NCBI GenBank assembly: GCA_047495785.1
Contig: JBLDXI010000015.1
Location: forward strand, 1 to 64,000
Direction of reading: 5' to 3'
Source: Lepidodermella squamata
Lineage: Eukaryota; Animalia; Gastrotricha
DNA length: 64,000 bases
Under the pieces are notes generated by a model, which saw only the letters and a list, made by a program, of their open reading frames with translations, made no database searches and was not told the origin of the DNA. Below, one piece after another: positions 40,147 to 52,325 of the stretch. How positions within the stretch are numbered: the stretch's first letter is position 1; the number at the start of each line of letters is the position of its first letter. The translations under genes and the position numbers were made by a program.

Positions 40147-41775
40147 CCGTATTTTCCGTATTAGCTTCAGGGGGTATTGTGTTTTCAAAGCTTCGAAAAA
40201 GGGGGGTTGTAAACGGGACGTGATACAATTGCGAGCATGCGACTTTATTATTTCAAAGCAAGTTTTCAAGCGTTAAAATTGAGTAAAATTAGAATAAATT
40301 GATAATTTTTAAACCAAAGTCAACAACTCTTCATCAAAATCGAGAACTTCATCGTTCGATTGCGAGTTCTCAGCCATTTTATGCAAATTTTTAAATTTTT
40401 CAAATGATGGCTGCTAGGAAATCGAACGATACTTGGGCAATTTTCGTTGCTTAAATTCTCTCACTCAGCTATGTTTCCCAATTTTCTATCAAACATGCCT
40501 ATCAAACGCTTCAGACAGAAATGGAATTTCAAAAAAGTATGCGCAATAAGGGATTATTCTATAGCTAGCCATAGAGAAATGAAATTTCCCCCCGATCTGA
40601 AACCCCGAGCGAGTTTGGCGCAGCCAAACGAGTCGAGGGGTTTCAGAGAGGGGGGAAATTTCATTTCTCTATGGCTAGCTATAGAATAATGCTATTCCTA
40701 CATGCGCACGACACCTCTAGGCTCCCCAAAAGGGTGCAATTGGTACATAGGGGTGATTTCAGGATAATAATTTCGAGAAAATAAAACATCCAACTTAAAA
40801 TTTCACGAAACCAATTCTTCGTTTGAAAGCGAAAAACACTTTTCATTCGGCGATTTTTTTCTTGTTTGCAACTTGGTTTTTGGTCAACCGTCATTCGTCG
40901 TCGAAATCTTCATGCTCTCCGGCTGGCCGAATCATCAGTGGTCAAGACTCATGGAACAGAGCGCCGATATCAAGCCCCAAGATTATCCGTCGCCTTGGTT
41001 CGATCGAGTCTGGAAACGAACAAATCTTTGCTTCGAAGAAGCCACTCAAATCGGTCACCTGCCAGCTGGGTTCGCATAGAAATCAATGCGTCAACATCGC
41101 GGCGTTTGGATGACTGACAATAACAGAAGCCATCCGCTCGCTGCAAAATGGTATCCAGGTTGCGGCGGAAACTAATCATGGATTTGGGTCAATTTTGCCG
41201 AAGATCGAAGACTCGCCGAGATACCAGTCGTCGTCGGCATTAGCGTTGCTATGGCCGGTGGCTGAATTTCCGTTGCTGTTCAAAACCGCGAATTCGGAGG
41301 GAAAACCGGATCGGCATCGCGACGGCTACCAGCAAGAGATTTCGACGACATCGTTGTTCGCCTTATTTTGTCTTTTGTTTTTGCACGTGAAATTGCTTTT
41401 AAGTAAAATTGAGGTTTTCGCTGTTTTAGTGACTTTCCTAAAATTCTCGAGAAATTGCGTTTCATGGGGGGTTTTGAGGCTAATTCTGAGCAAAATGCTG
41501 CCCAAATTTGTGACAGTTTCATGTCATAGAAAAATTTTGGTTGCCATAGAGAAATTCATTGTAACCATGGAGAAATCAAATTTCCCAATGGCAAAATTTT
41601 ACCATGCGTATGTAGGAATTATTTTTAAATGCGATTTTCAAAGTTTGATTTAACATTTAGATCGCGGGTAGCTATTGCGAGTATGAGGCTTTATTTTTTC
41701 AAAGGCCTTGAAAAGGGGGTTGTAAACGGGACGGGCGGTAATAACGGGTATATGAAGCTATTACGGAATATACGG
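40147..41775. mobile_element. Non-autonomous Tc1/mariner-superfamily (Tc2/pogo-type) element with TA TSD
   Basis: TA|CCGTATTTTCCGTATTAGCTTCA ... TGAAGCTATTACGGAATATACGG|TA (23-bp TIR, 2 mismatches). The subterminal direct repeat AAAAGGGGG(G)TTGTAAACGGGACG occurs at ~40197 and ~41711. Confidence 0.85.
40553..40690. repeat. 138-bp near-perfect palindrome, probably the terminus of a nested element extending to ~41620
   Basis: ATTATTCTATAGCTAGCCATAGAGAAATGAAATTTCCCCCC...TTTGGCGCAGCCAAA...GGGGGGAAATTTCATTTCTCTATGGCTAGCTATAGAATAAT. Confidence 0.9.
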
Positions 41776-44654
41776 TAGATAGTAATCTGTTATTGTCATA
41801 GTTCATTGTATTTCGTCTCATTTCATCCGACAGCCAGAAATGTTAGCTACTTGAAATTACCGACATGAAATTGACCTAAATTCAAAGTTTGCCGATCATC
41901 TTTGCCCATAGTCGCCAAGGCCAGGAACATGAAAACTCAGTTTGTTTTATTCGAAGGGTAGCTCCAACAATTCCAGAAACATCAGGCATTTTCTGGGGAA
42001 ACCCACGAATTGGCAGAATGGAAACTCCAAAGTGACTTTCTTTAACAGAATGGAAACCGGTCAACTTGGTGATGTGTCAAAGTCATCACACTGCGTAAAT
42101 TCTCCCCAGTTGTCAGTACTGTTCGAATGTCAGAAAGGCAGGAACGGGTTTATCGATCTCAATAATAATCACAAATAAAATGACCCTTCGTAAATTAACA
42201 TACGCATAGACTTGAGAATTACTTAAAAGCACGGTCACCGAGTCGTTCTTAAAGTTCCCTCGTTCGCTAAAATTCAGGGAAACTTCGTTTCGATGCAAAC
42301 ATTATTTGTCGGATATTTCAAGCCAAATTTGTCTGATAAAACCGTGCTAATATGCCAAAAACATGTTCGCAGAGTAGGTCAACACGCGTGAAACACTGCA
42401 TTCTGCACAGCGGCAGAGAACTCTGAAATGACTGGAAAACAACTGCAAAGGCGATTCAAAATACCTATGAATTGACGTGACACGAAGTGAATTCCGGATC
42501 ACAGAGTCTGTATTTGGAATTTAAAACCAACCCACATAAGTCTGCGCTATCCACATGCGATCATTTGAATGTTGCACCCGTAAGTGAAAAAGTCAACCAA
42601 TACAGGTATTTCAATTTTGTTTCATGTTTTATTCTTGCTTGCTTGCTTGTTTGTTTGTTTTTCACCTTTTTCATTTCTTCATTATCTGATGTGATTAGCA
42701 GCAAAACCTGTTCGTTCGACAAACAGACAGACAGACAGACGGGCATAGACATAGACATACAAATACATACATACACATACAAAGATAGATCAACACGCGG
42801 ACACTGTCGCGCATGTTCGCAATAATTTTAATAATAGTAATAAATTTGGAGCGATTCTCTTGAATAGTTACACAGTTGAGAGAGAGAGAGAAGAGTTACA
42901 GAGTGGAACCATAAATCATGACATTCTGCTGTGTGTGCGTGCGTGCGTGTTTTCACGCCTTATAACGAATAAATGTACCACAGGTGGGTAGTTGGAATTT
43001 CGACGGCTAGTTGTTGTTGTTGTTACTGCTATATTTTCTATTAAGCATTTTCTATTCATAGTAAGAGCCACATCCATCATCATTCATCGACATCATCGAC
43101 ATCATCTTCTTGTAGATCAGATGTGAGATTGATCAGAGAGAGAGAGAGAGAAAACAGAGAGATAAAGAGAGCACGAGCGAGATAACGGTAGGTTAGAATG
43201 TACCCAAGTACTTTCAGGTACTTACATATTTCAAGTATGAAGTTCTAGTACTTGGTTACTGATAGCAATCATGTTGGTTTCTCTTAATTTCAAAACGTAC
43301 AAAAACTTGGTAATTGGCGCCGTCTTCTTCATCTTCATTAGGTACAAGGAACTAGACAGGCCGCCATACCGAGACTCGGTGTGGCGGCTTCACCTGATAA
43401 TCAAGTTTCTGAGGCGGTTCAAATCACGAGTCAAATCGACACCTCACAATCGATATGGCAACTATCGGCTAATCCTTTCGGCTAAATTATAATGTAGAAG
43501 CAGCTTTTCCTTAGGCAAACTACCTATAGCAGCTATGTGAGAGAATTCAAAGACATGAACTAAAATGTGGCAACAGCAATCGACACTTTTTACTAGCAAT
43601 ATCGACATTGCTATTACGAGTTGAACCAACCAACCAACCAACCATCAAACTAATGCCATGATAACGAAGAACCGAACGAATGAATGAATGAACGAATGAT
43701 ATGCATGCAATGCAATACGACAACAAAAATAGCCAAGTGCGTACTTGAATGAAATAGAGGACAAACGGCCACGTATCGAGTCGAATGAATTCAGGGAACA
43801 AAGTAGTAATCGAGAAAACAAAGCCTAGCCACGAGTCCAGCTTCACTATTATCATTGTTTTCAAATCGGTAGCAGTAATACCGAACTATAGTAGTCGACA
43901 TAAGAAGTCGCGATCAATATGGATGTTGTTGGACTTTGGAATTATAGCCCAGAATTCGCAACAACTAGCTATAGTTTCAAATGCGCAATTGAGATAATTG
44001 AAGATGACCATGATGATGATGATGATGGCTTTTCAAGTACTTGCACATACATACATACATGCATATGCATACGACGACGAATACCTATAGGTATATAACG
44101 CAAGTACAGGTAGGTAGGTAGGTGTGTAGGAAGATGAAGATTTTGATCATGCCACCACAGCACAGCAGAGCAGAGAGCAGAGAGCAGAGAGAGCGAGAGC
44201 GAGCAACAATTGCAACAAATAGAAGCAAAATACTTGACGTGTATTACTCCTCCTACTATTTTACATCATCTGTTTGTACCATCATCATCATCATCAGACA
44301 AGTAGGTCCTGTGATAAACTATTCTTAACAATTCTTTCGGGCTATATAGTACCTATATCGACACTTGTATCATTCGTTCGCAAGAATACTTACTTGAAGA
44401 ATGACACAAGAATGTGAAGTCATTCATTTAGCAGTAGCAGTACGACGACTACTACTACTACTATAGAGTAGTAATACAAATACAAAACAATCAAGTAGAA
44501 GTAGTAGTTGAAGTACAAATGATTTTGTTTACTAATAATAATTGTTAACATAATAATAATAATAATATAAAGTTGTATAACAATTCCGCAGCCGCAGTCG
44601 CAGTGAGGAGAAGTCTCGTCGTCGTCGGCGGCGGCGGCTGCGGGTGAGTCGGTG

Positions 44655-47468
44655 CTACCGCGAACGGCGGTTCGGCGAGAACGAAGAATCGGCCTTGAAC
44701 GACACAAAACTCGCTTGTGGCTGCTGCTGCTGCTGCTGCTGGTTCAGTTCATCAACGCCAACGTCGACGACATCAACAGGCTGATGCTGAAGCTGAAGCT
44801 GAGCAGGTGCTGATGCGGCTGCGGCTAGTGACAACTCGTTGTTAGCAGCAGCAGCATTTGCAGCCTCATCCGCATCGTTATTGTTGGCGTTGTTGTTTTC
44901 GTTATCTGACGACGAAGAAGACGACGCATCGTCCTCGATGACAATCTGCCGATTCGCCGCCGTCGAAGCAGCAGCAGCGACAGAACCGAAAGCGCTATTC
45001 GAAGATGACGACAGCGTACGAGTCGTCGCATTGTTGCTGTGACCTGTTGATGCCGCCAGGTGGATGATGCGCTCCCGGTACGGCGACACGCGGCTCGCCA
45101 TTTGCTGGAAAGCCGGCAACTGCTGCTGCTGCTGAGTGCTGCTGCTCGCAAATGTCACCGACTGATGATTCGACGAGGCGTGGCGCACGTCGCCCATCGA
45201 CGAGCCAACCGACCCGACCGACGCGGCTTCACCTAGTGAGTCGATGCCCGAGTCCATGGGGCCCGAAGAACTGCCGCTGCCGCCACCGGCTGCTTCGGCG
45301 AGCAGCACGCCAGCCAGGCCACCGCCGGCCGTCGGCGAAATGCGCTCGCCCATGCTCACCATGTCGACGATCGAGTTGTAACCATCAATGCCACCGCCAT
45401 GGCCATGGCTGCTGCTGTTGATGACATTGACGAGTTGCGGGTTGATGATGTGGTTGTGCCCTCCACCACCAGTCGCTGCCCGGTTGTGGTGGTGCATGAG
45501 CCCAACACCGTCAATGATGACAACGTTGCCGCCGCCTGCTGCAGCCTGTTGGCCATTGCCATTGCCGGCTGCGACCGCCTGCTGCACAACGGCCACGTCC
45601 TGTTCCGTGTCGGCGGCGGCGACGACCAGCGGCGCCGGGTTCGTCTTCGTGCGCAGCCGCACGCACTGGAAGTCCACGTGCCGCGATTTCGCGTCTTCTT
45701 CCTCCCTGTCATCAAAGCACAACATGTTCAATGGTTCTTTCACATTGCTTTCACATTTTAACCACGGATAAGTTCCCAATTTTCAGTTTCAGTATTTTTT
45801 ACGTTCTCTAGATTCAGCATCTGTGCAAACCGTTATGGCTGTGTGCCAATGCAAATCTTTGCTAGCGAGTTTTTTAGCCGCCTGATCAAACACAGCAACA
45901 CACATTTTTTCAAAGAAATTTCTAAATAGTGCGCCGGAGCAGATCAGATTCGACTCTGCGCTCAATTTCAGCAACAAAACCTAGACAATTTAGTTATTTT
46001 CTAAGTGCCTTCTTCCGCCTATCAGTCAATCAATTTACGTTTTGACTATTCGCATTGATTTCCAAGGATTTTTTTTCCATTCAAAAAAATTAAGCAAAAA
46101 ACTGTCAAATCGATTCAATGAATTAAAACCGAGAGCTGGCTCCAATTTTTAGCCGAGAATAGCGTATGCACATTAAATCTCAATTAGATGAGAAAATGCT
46201 GATGATAATCGACTAATGCCATTTTAGTTGGAAATTAATTTTGAAAAATAAATCTTATTCAGCGAGCCAAGTATGAGGAAACGACAATAGGCATTAGAAA
46301 TTAGAAGTCTGAACAATAAAACGCACCATGACATGTGAATGAAGGCGCGCTGGATGTAGTTGTAGATGACCTCGATGCGGCCGCCCGTCTTCTTCTTCAC
46401 CTTCTCGAGCGTGGTCGGGAAGCCCTCGACGCCGAGGCGCACCTTCTTGAAGCCGCGCTCCTTCAGCAGCACCTTCGCCACGTCGCGGTTCTCGACGTAG
46501 CGGAAGAACCGGTACAGCGAGTTGTTGCGGATGATCTGGCTCGGCTCCTCGCCCAGCGGCGGCGGGTACTCGTCGTCCCACACGAACGCGTCGTCCTCCG
46601 CCAGCACCACGATGTGCCCTTCGCGCTCGCCCTGGTGCGCGATCTGCACCAGCACCGGCATCACCAGCGACTCGATGAAGTGCGCGAACTGCTCCTTCGC
46701 GCCCTGGTTCGAGATCTCCTGCAGCAGCGACCGCAGGTTGTGGCACTTGACCACGTCCGTGTTGAACGGGATCAGAAAGTAGTCGCACGCGTCCCGCAGC
46801 TCCTGCACCGAGATCGACTCCGGGCACTGGATCACGCCCTCCTTGTAGTAGTCCAGGATTGAGCGGAAACACGCCGCCGATATGTTCTCCGTTATTTCGT
46901 ACTCGCCGCGCTCGTTCGGCCGCGTTATCGCCGAGCTCAGCGAGCTGATCGAGAACATGCGCCCTAGCATCGTCTCCGGGTGCGACCGGAACAACGCCGG
47001 GTTCACGATGAACCGCGTGTTCTCCACCAGAATTGTTATTATGTCGTCGGTGTTACTGCTGCCCACGTGCACGGATGCGGCGGTTGACGCGGTCGTCGAA
47101 GCTAAATGACCAGTTGACGAGTCGGCGCCATGCCCGCTCAAACATTCAGAGCCACGCGAGCTCGAGCAGGCATCTTCAGGCGACGATGGCTCTGAATGAC
47201 GCCTGATTAGGATGGATTTTCTCGATGAAGATCCTACCGATCCGCCCGATGAATGACCCCCTCCATTTGAGTTTGATTTCCTAATAATTGACTTGGGCTT
47301 TTCTTGGTCCGAGTCCGAATATTCAGATTCGGAACTCAACGCAGAGTGATCCACTTTCTCTAGTTTGCGGAATGATTCCCGAACAGTTCCGCCATTGCTG
47401 CTGCCGCCGCCGCCACCACCACCACTTGCATTGTCGTCGGGATCCATTGATCTTCGAAAATTCCACAT
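44655..47468 (-). CDS. BTBD10: BTB/POZ domain protein of the BTBD10/KCTD20 family; exons 47468(or 47447)-46327, 45705-44655
   Basis: Motifs ITILVENTRFIVNPALFRSHPETMLGRMF, RPNERGEYEI, LRDACDYFLIPF and WDDEYPP.LGEE. The spliced sequence YIQRAFIHMSW|EEEDAKSRHVDFQCVR matches the family C-terminal motif. Confidence 0.93.
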
Positions 47469-47736
47469 TCACCAATAGAATGGCGATGAAGCTATACCAT
47501 TAATTACGATCTGTTGCTCAAATTGATCAGCAAGCAACAAATTCAATGATAATAAAAATCTAAATTCGGTAATACAAAAATTATTATTATTATTATAAAA
47601 CAATTCAAGTTCGTTACCACATATTTACGCACATAATAATTGACAATAAATAACACGTCAAATCATCGCCAAGCATTTTGTTTATTAAATATTATGGACT
47701 GGCGTCAGGAGAAACAAAAAGATCATCACGCCATGC

Positions 47737-49446
47737 TCATCGTGACATGGCCGTAGCCTGTGGGTGTTCCTCAAAGTATGACCTCTCAACGTTGGAGTGA
47801 AACGTCCAGGTCTTCTTTGTAACCTTTGAAAGTAAGTTTGCTGAAGTCATCCTTTCTCCAATAGCAACAATCTTCTCGACATCGACAGGAGTACCAGCCT
47901 TCTCCAGATGTAGTACGACATCTTCCACGGAGCACACTGATTTCGCATTTGTGCATTCAAAAATAGCTTGGACGATAGTCTTATCTTCAACAGTTTCCCA
48001 GCATTGTTCGACGTGATTCTGAACCTCTGCAAAGAGCGCCTTCTTCACGTCTATAAAACACGTTTTAATGTTTACATATATAGAAGAGCAATATGCAAGT
48101 GAGTACCTTGAAAAGATGTTCCCATTATCAGGTCATCAGAAACACTGCTCAACTGTTTCAAACGTCCACCGACAAGGGCAAAGACGCGCGCGTAGAGCGT
48201 ACCATCAGTGTTCACCACGCCACGTTTCTGAAGGTACTCGAACACTTGATCTTGATTGATATCGCCTACGCGATACAACTTCCCACGTGAAAAGGCACTT
48301 CTGCCTATTTAATAAATAAAACAGTTAGCTGAATGACTGAAATGAATTGACAGGAAATAAACGAACCCCTAATTTGCTGAGGCGCCATACCATCGGGTGA
48401 TACAAATACAGTAACGAATTGACGGCGGTCAATGGCGTCTTTTGCGCCTTCTTGAAGCGCTGCTAACATTTCTGGATTCTCTTTTGCCAGCCTATTCACG
48501 TTGTCGATGATAAGAACAGGTACTTTATGATGTTTCGCCTTGTACCACTTCGCCGTTTCTTCGAACGCATGGTAAATAGCATCCCAGTTTCCTTCATTCC
48601 CTATAGAAAAACAAATATAGCACATACAGAGCGTAAAGCACATATGAGATGTGCCTCACAGAAAAGGCCCTTGTCGTTTTCGTTGCGTCACACAATTGGG
48701 GTGACTACGCACTAATAAATTCCCCTCAGATTCTTATTAGGCTGTAATAAGGGACCTTTCTATACGGCACGTCTCATAAAAAAGAGAGTGTGAAACTCTA
48801 CTTTCACCTTACATGGCTTTATAGTAGTTTTCGGCTCGTCTCCGAAAAATTGTTTGTTCAAGAATCGAAACAATCCGCTAGCACGAGTTTTGTAGGCGAT
48901 AGCCTCGGCGAAAGCACCAGCAAATACATCACCTTTTTTCGGGACATCCACATAAATTACGCCGCTGCCAACAGTTCGACACGTTTTCATAATCGCTGTC
49001 GTCTTGCCTGTGCCATGCTCTCCAGTAATGAGGAGATACTTTTTAGCTACGCCCGGTGTTGATGGCGTTAGGAAGTATAGTAAATCCTTCTCCAACTCTG
49101 GACGATCAATCAGTGCTGGTTCTTCCATAATTAACGATGCGCCAGAGCCTTGTTCTAAACGATGTTTCAACGCTGCCGCATCCTTATATCTAAAATAGGC
49201 GTAGTTAAGTGGGATACTACCAATAACAAACACGACAGCAGTACCGACAAGCTTTCCCATTGTGGCTCGTTTAACAAATTCAAGCCAGGCATTCTTGGAT
49301 GACACGGCTGAGATGGAACGCCGAAAAAAGATGAATGAGTTGTGACTCGTATGAAGCTTTGGCGGTAGAAGAGCAAGACGACGGTCGACACAAAATGGTT
49401 TGGTCGCCAGTGATCGCGTCAGTAGGCGCAAGTTTCGTAGAATCAT
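47737..49446 (-). CDS. P-loop ATPase-domain protein (AAA+/'archaeal ATPase'-like) with predicted mitochondrial presequence and one TM helix; exons 49446-48813, 48600-48367, 48304-48107, 48050-47737
   Basis: Walker A LLITGEHGTGKT, Walker B PVLIIDNVNRL, plus GRSAFSR...VGDI and LVGGRLKQL. Three phase-1 GT-AG introns keep the frame open. Confidence 0.8.
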
Positions 49447-50664
49447 TTTCAATTAACTGTATATCTATGAATATATCTGAATATATTAACCGACCAAAGG
49501 AGATACTCAATACCCACAACATCCAGCGTAATTTTTCATGTTTTCAGGGATGCGAGCTCCTTCACTTGACAGAATTGCTATCGACGATTGAAGATGTTTC
49601 AAATGACTACTTCTTTCTTCTTTCAAAAAAATCTTTCTCTTTCTCTTTAAACAACTGCGAGTAGATCGGGGCGCGCGCAAAATTGCGGAAATATTATATG
49701 CCGATAATAAATAAAATTGTTTGATTAAAATAAATTAGGATTCGAAACCATTAATTATCAGAAATTCACCAAAGAAGTTGACAAGATTATAATGCGGGGA
49801 GTTGTTTTTGCTAGGGTAAGTTATCAGGTCAGGTTATATCGAAAGATAGCTCTGCGCAATCTACACGCAAAACGATAAGATGGGAACAGGGAGCTTGAAC
49901 TTTAAAAAAAAGACCTAACAGGTACTTCGTACTTTAACAGAGTAGATGTATATTTTGCACCCTCCATAGAAGAATATCGGATCCTGGTTTTCTCTCATAC
50001 CGTCTGCATCTGATATGAGATGAAAACGGACGGCCTTGGCAAACAAACGATTTTGACCCCTTTCACTCCCATGAATAATCACTTGAAAGTTCTTCCCACC
50101 CCCGAAAGTTCCAGTAAGTTGTTACCATTTCCAACGAACTTTTCTCTATCGATATTTAATTATCATTCAAAATGTTTCTAAAGACAATTAGTAGATTTTA
50201 CAAAATAATATAGTGCAAGATTATTTGAAAATCGACGGTGCGGTGGCGCGTTCGTTTTTTTCTGTTCTGTGATTCTTATCTCGAAGCATTGTGTTAAACG
50301 GCGCTGCGCTGCGAATACAATGCTAATCATTGTACTGAGTGAACGTGATAACTCTGTCTGCGAGTTGCTTCCTAACGAGCCGGTACAATTCCTCAATTGG
50401 TCGTCATTAGCGTTTGTTTTCGTGCTGAATTTAATTTGATGGAAGCTCGTGCCGCGTGGTTTGATGAATTCTGCCAACTCATGTATGTAGTAGCTTATAC
50501 TCATTGCGTACTTCATCCGCATGCCAACATTACAGCTTGAACTGTAGTTATTTTGTATCTAGGTCAACGGGCATTCATCATCTTCGATTATCTCTTTCCA
50601 ATTTGTCAATAATTATGCCGTTCTTTTATCTAGGACATAGTATACACCGGCATAGTAGGACAAA

Positions 50665-51597
50665 ATGGCCAAGGGTCAGAAGGATGCTTCGCAGTTCCTC
50701 ATCGATTTTATGATGGGTGGTGTTTCAGCGGCCGTCGCCAAGACCGCTGCCGCCCCCATCGAGCGTGTCAAGCTGCTCATCCAGAATCAGGATGAGATGC
50801 TGAAGACCGGTCGTCTCGACAAGCCATACACCGGTATTGCCAACTGCTTCAGCCGTGTCATCAAGGAAGAAGGTGTTGGTCCGCTATGGCGCGGTAACTT
50901 GGCCAACGTCATCCGTTATTTCCCGACGCAGGCGTTGAACTTTGCCTTCAAGGACTACTTCAAAAAGATGTTCGGTTTCAGCAAGGACAAGGACGGCTAT
51001 GGCAAGTGGTTCGTCGGCAACTTGGCGTCTGGTGGTGCCGCTGGTGCTGCCTCGCTGATCTTCGTCTACTCGCTCGACTACGCGCGTACCCGTCTGGCTA
51101 ACGACAACAAGGCGGCGAAGAAGGGTGGTCAACGCCAGTTCAACGGCCTCGTCGACGTCTACCGCAAGACGCTGGCCTCTGACGGTATCCAGGGTCTGTA
51201 CCGTGGCTTCACCATCTCGTGCGTTGGCATCGTCGTCTACCGTGGTCTGTACTTCGGTATGTACGATTCGCTGAAGCCCGTCCTGCTGACTGGCTCGCTC
51301 GGCGACAACTTCTTCGCAAGCTTCGGTCTTGGCTGGGGTGTCACCATCGGTGCCGGTCTGGCCTCGTACCCCATTGATACCATCCGTCGTCGTATGATGA
51401 TGACCTCTGGTGAGGCTGTCAAGTACCGCTCGTCCATGCACTGCGGTGTTGAAATCATGAAGAAGGAGGGTGTCAAGTCGCTGTTCAAGGGTGCCGGAGC
51501 TAACATTCTCCGTGCCATTGCCGGCGCTGGTGTCCTCGCTAGCTACGATCAGCTGCAACTCATCTTCTTGGGCAAGAAGTACGGTGGTGGCGAATAA
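50665..51597 (+). CDS. ANT: Mitochondrial ADP/ATP carrier (adenine nucleotide translocator), fungal/plant-type, uninterrupted ORF
   Basis: Three carrier repeats (PIERVK, SLDYAR, PIDTIR), the RRRMMM signature and [17 protein letters not shown]. Confidence 0.98.
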   Translation: MAKGQKDASQFLIDFMMGGVSAAVAKTAAAPIERVKLLIQNQDEMLKTGRLDKPYTGIANCFSRVIKEEGVGPLWRGNLANVIRYFPTQALNFAFKDYFKKMFGFSKDKDGYGKWFVGNLASGGAAGAASLIFVYSLDYARTRLANDNKAAKKGGQRQFNGLVDVYRKTLASDGIQGLYRGFTISCVGIVVYRGLYFGMYDSLKPVLLTGSLGDNFFASFGLGWGVTIGAGLASYPIDTIRRRMMMTSGEAVKYRSSMHCGVEIMKKEGVKSLFKGAGANILRAIAGAGVLASYDQLQLIFLGKKYGGGE

Positions 51598-52325
51598 AAT
51601 CTATTTATGAAGAACTTGTGAAAATGCCGCGTGACGTGAGAATGATAGAACGATTGTTGTCCTCTACTAGTATCAAATCGCTTAAAAATAACTGAAAATA
51701 AAGATTGATTGATGTGGTCAAGACCTATAATTTTTATTCGAACCAGAAAGACTAATACTAGCTGTCGCTGCCTCGTTTCTCGCTCGCAGAAATTAACTGA
51801 AGTTACTCAAACTAGGCCGCTGATATCGATTGAGTTTAATGTATCACAATATTTCTATCTCACTAGCGACCCATAAAGGGTCTCATTTTCGTTAGCAATG
51901 TTACGCACCCCTACAGCTGGCTATCCACAGATGGAAAGACACTGCCAATGTCCTTGATGAATGGGTAGCAAGCTGTTTTATTGTCGTACTTGTTCTGTTT
52001 CTTCGACTGTATGAAAAATTAAAAGTATTCGCATGCAAGCTCGCACGTGATCCGATGATTTTTTCTCCTCTCGGTGATCATAAATAACTATGTGTAAATA
52101 GATCCGATGCGTTGATATCGAACCGAATGTGATTCAATGAAGCTATTATTACCTGTTCGCCTGTTAGTCATCTCGGTTGTGTTGACGTTGGTAGGAAAGC
52201 GAGCCTGTATGTTCGAATCCTATGAAACCGCATCATCTTATTTTATGCGCCATGAATAAATGCCCCGCTGCACCAGGTATTCTTACTATTTATTTTTATT
52301 ATTTTTAGGTATTTAATTTGCAATA

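Noticed and set aside
42700-44600. ORFs and simple repeats downstream of BTBD10
   Set aside because: Consistent with a long microsatellite-rich 3' UTR or intergenic region, with no coding signal.
47737-51597. Fungal contamination or chimeric assembly
   Set aside because: Intergenic and intron style is continuous with the flanking animal genes and the spacing to BTBD10 is tight. Read-level confirmation is still advisable.
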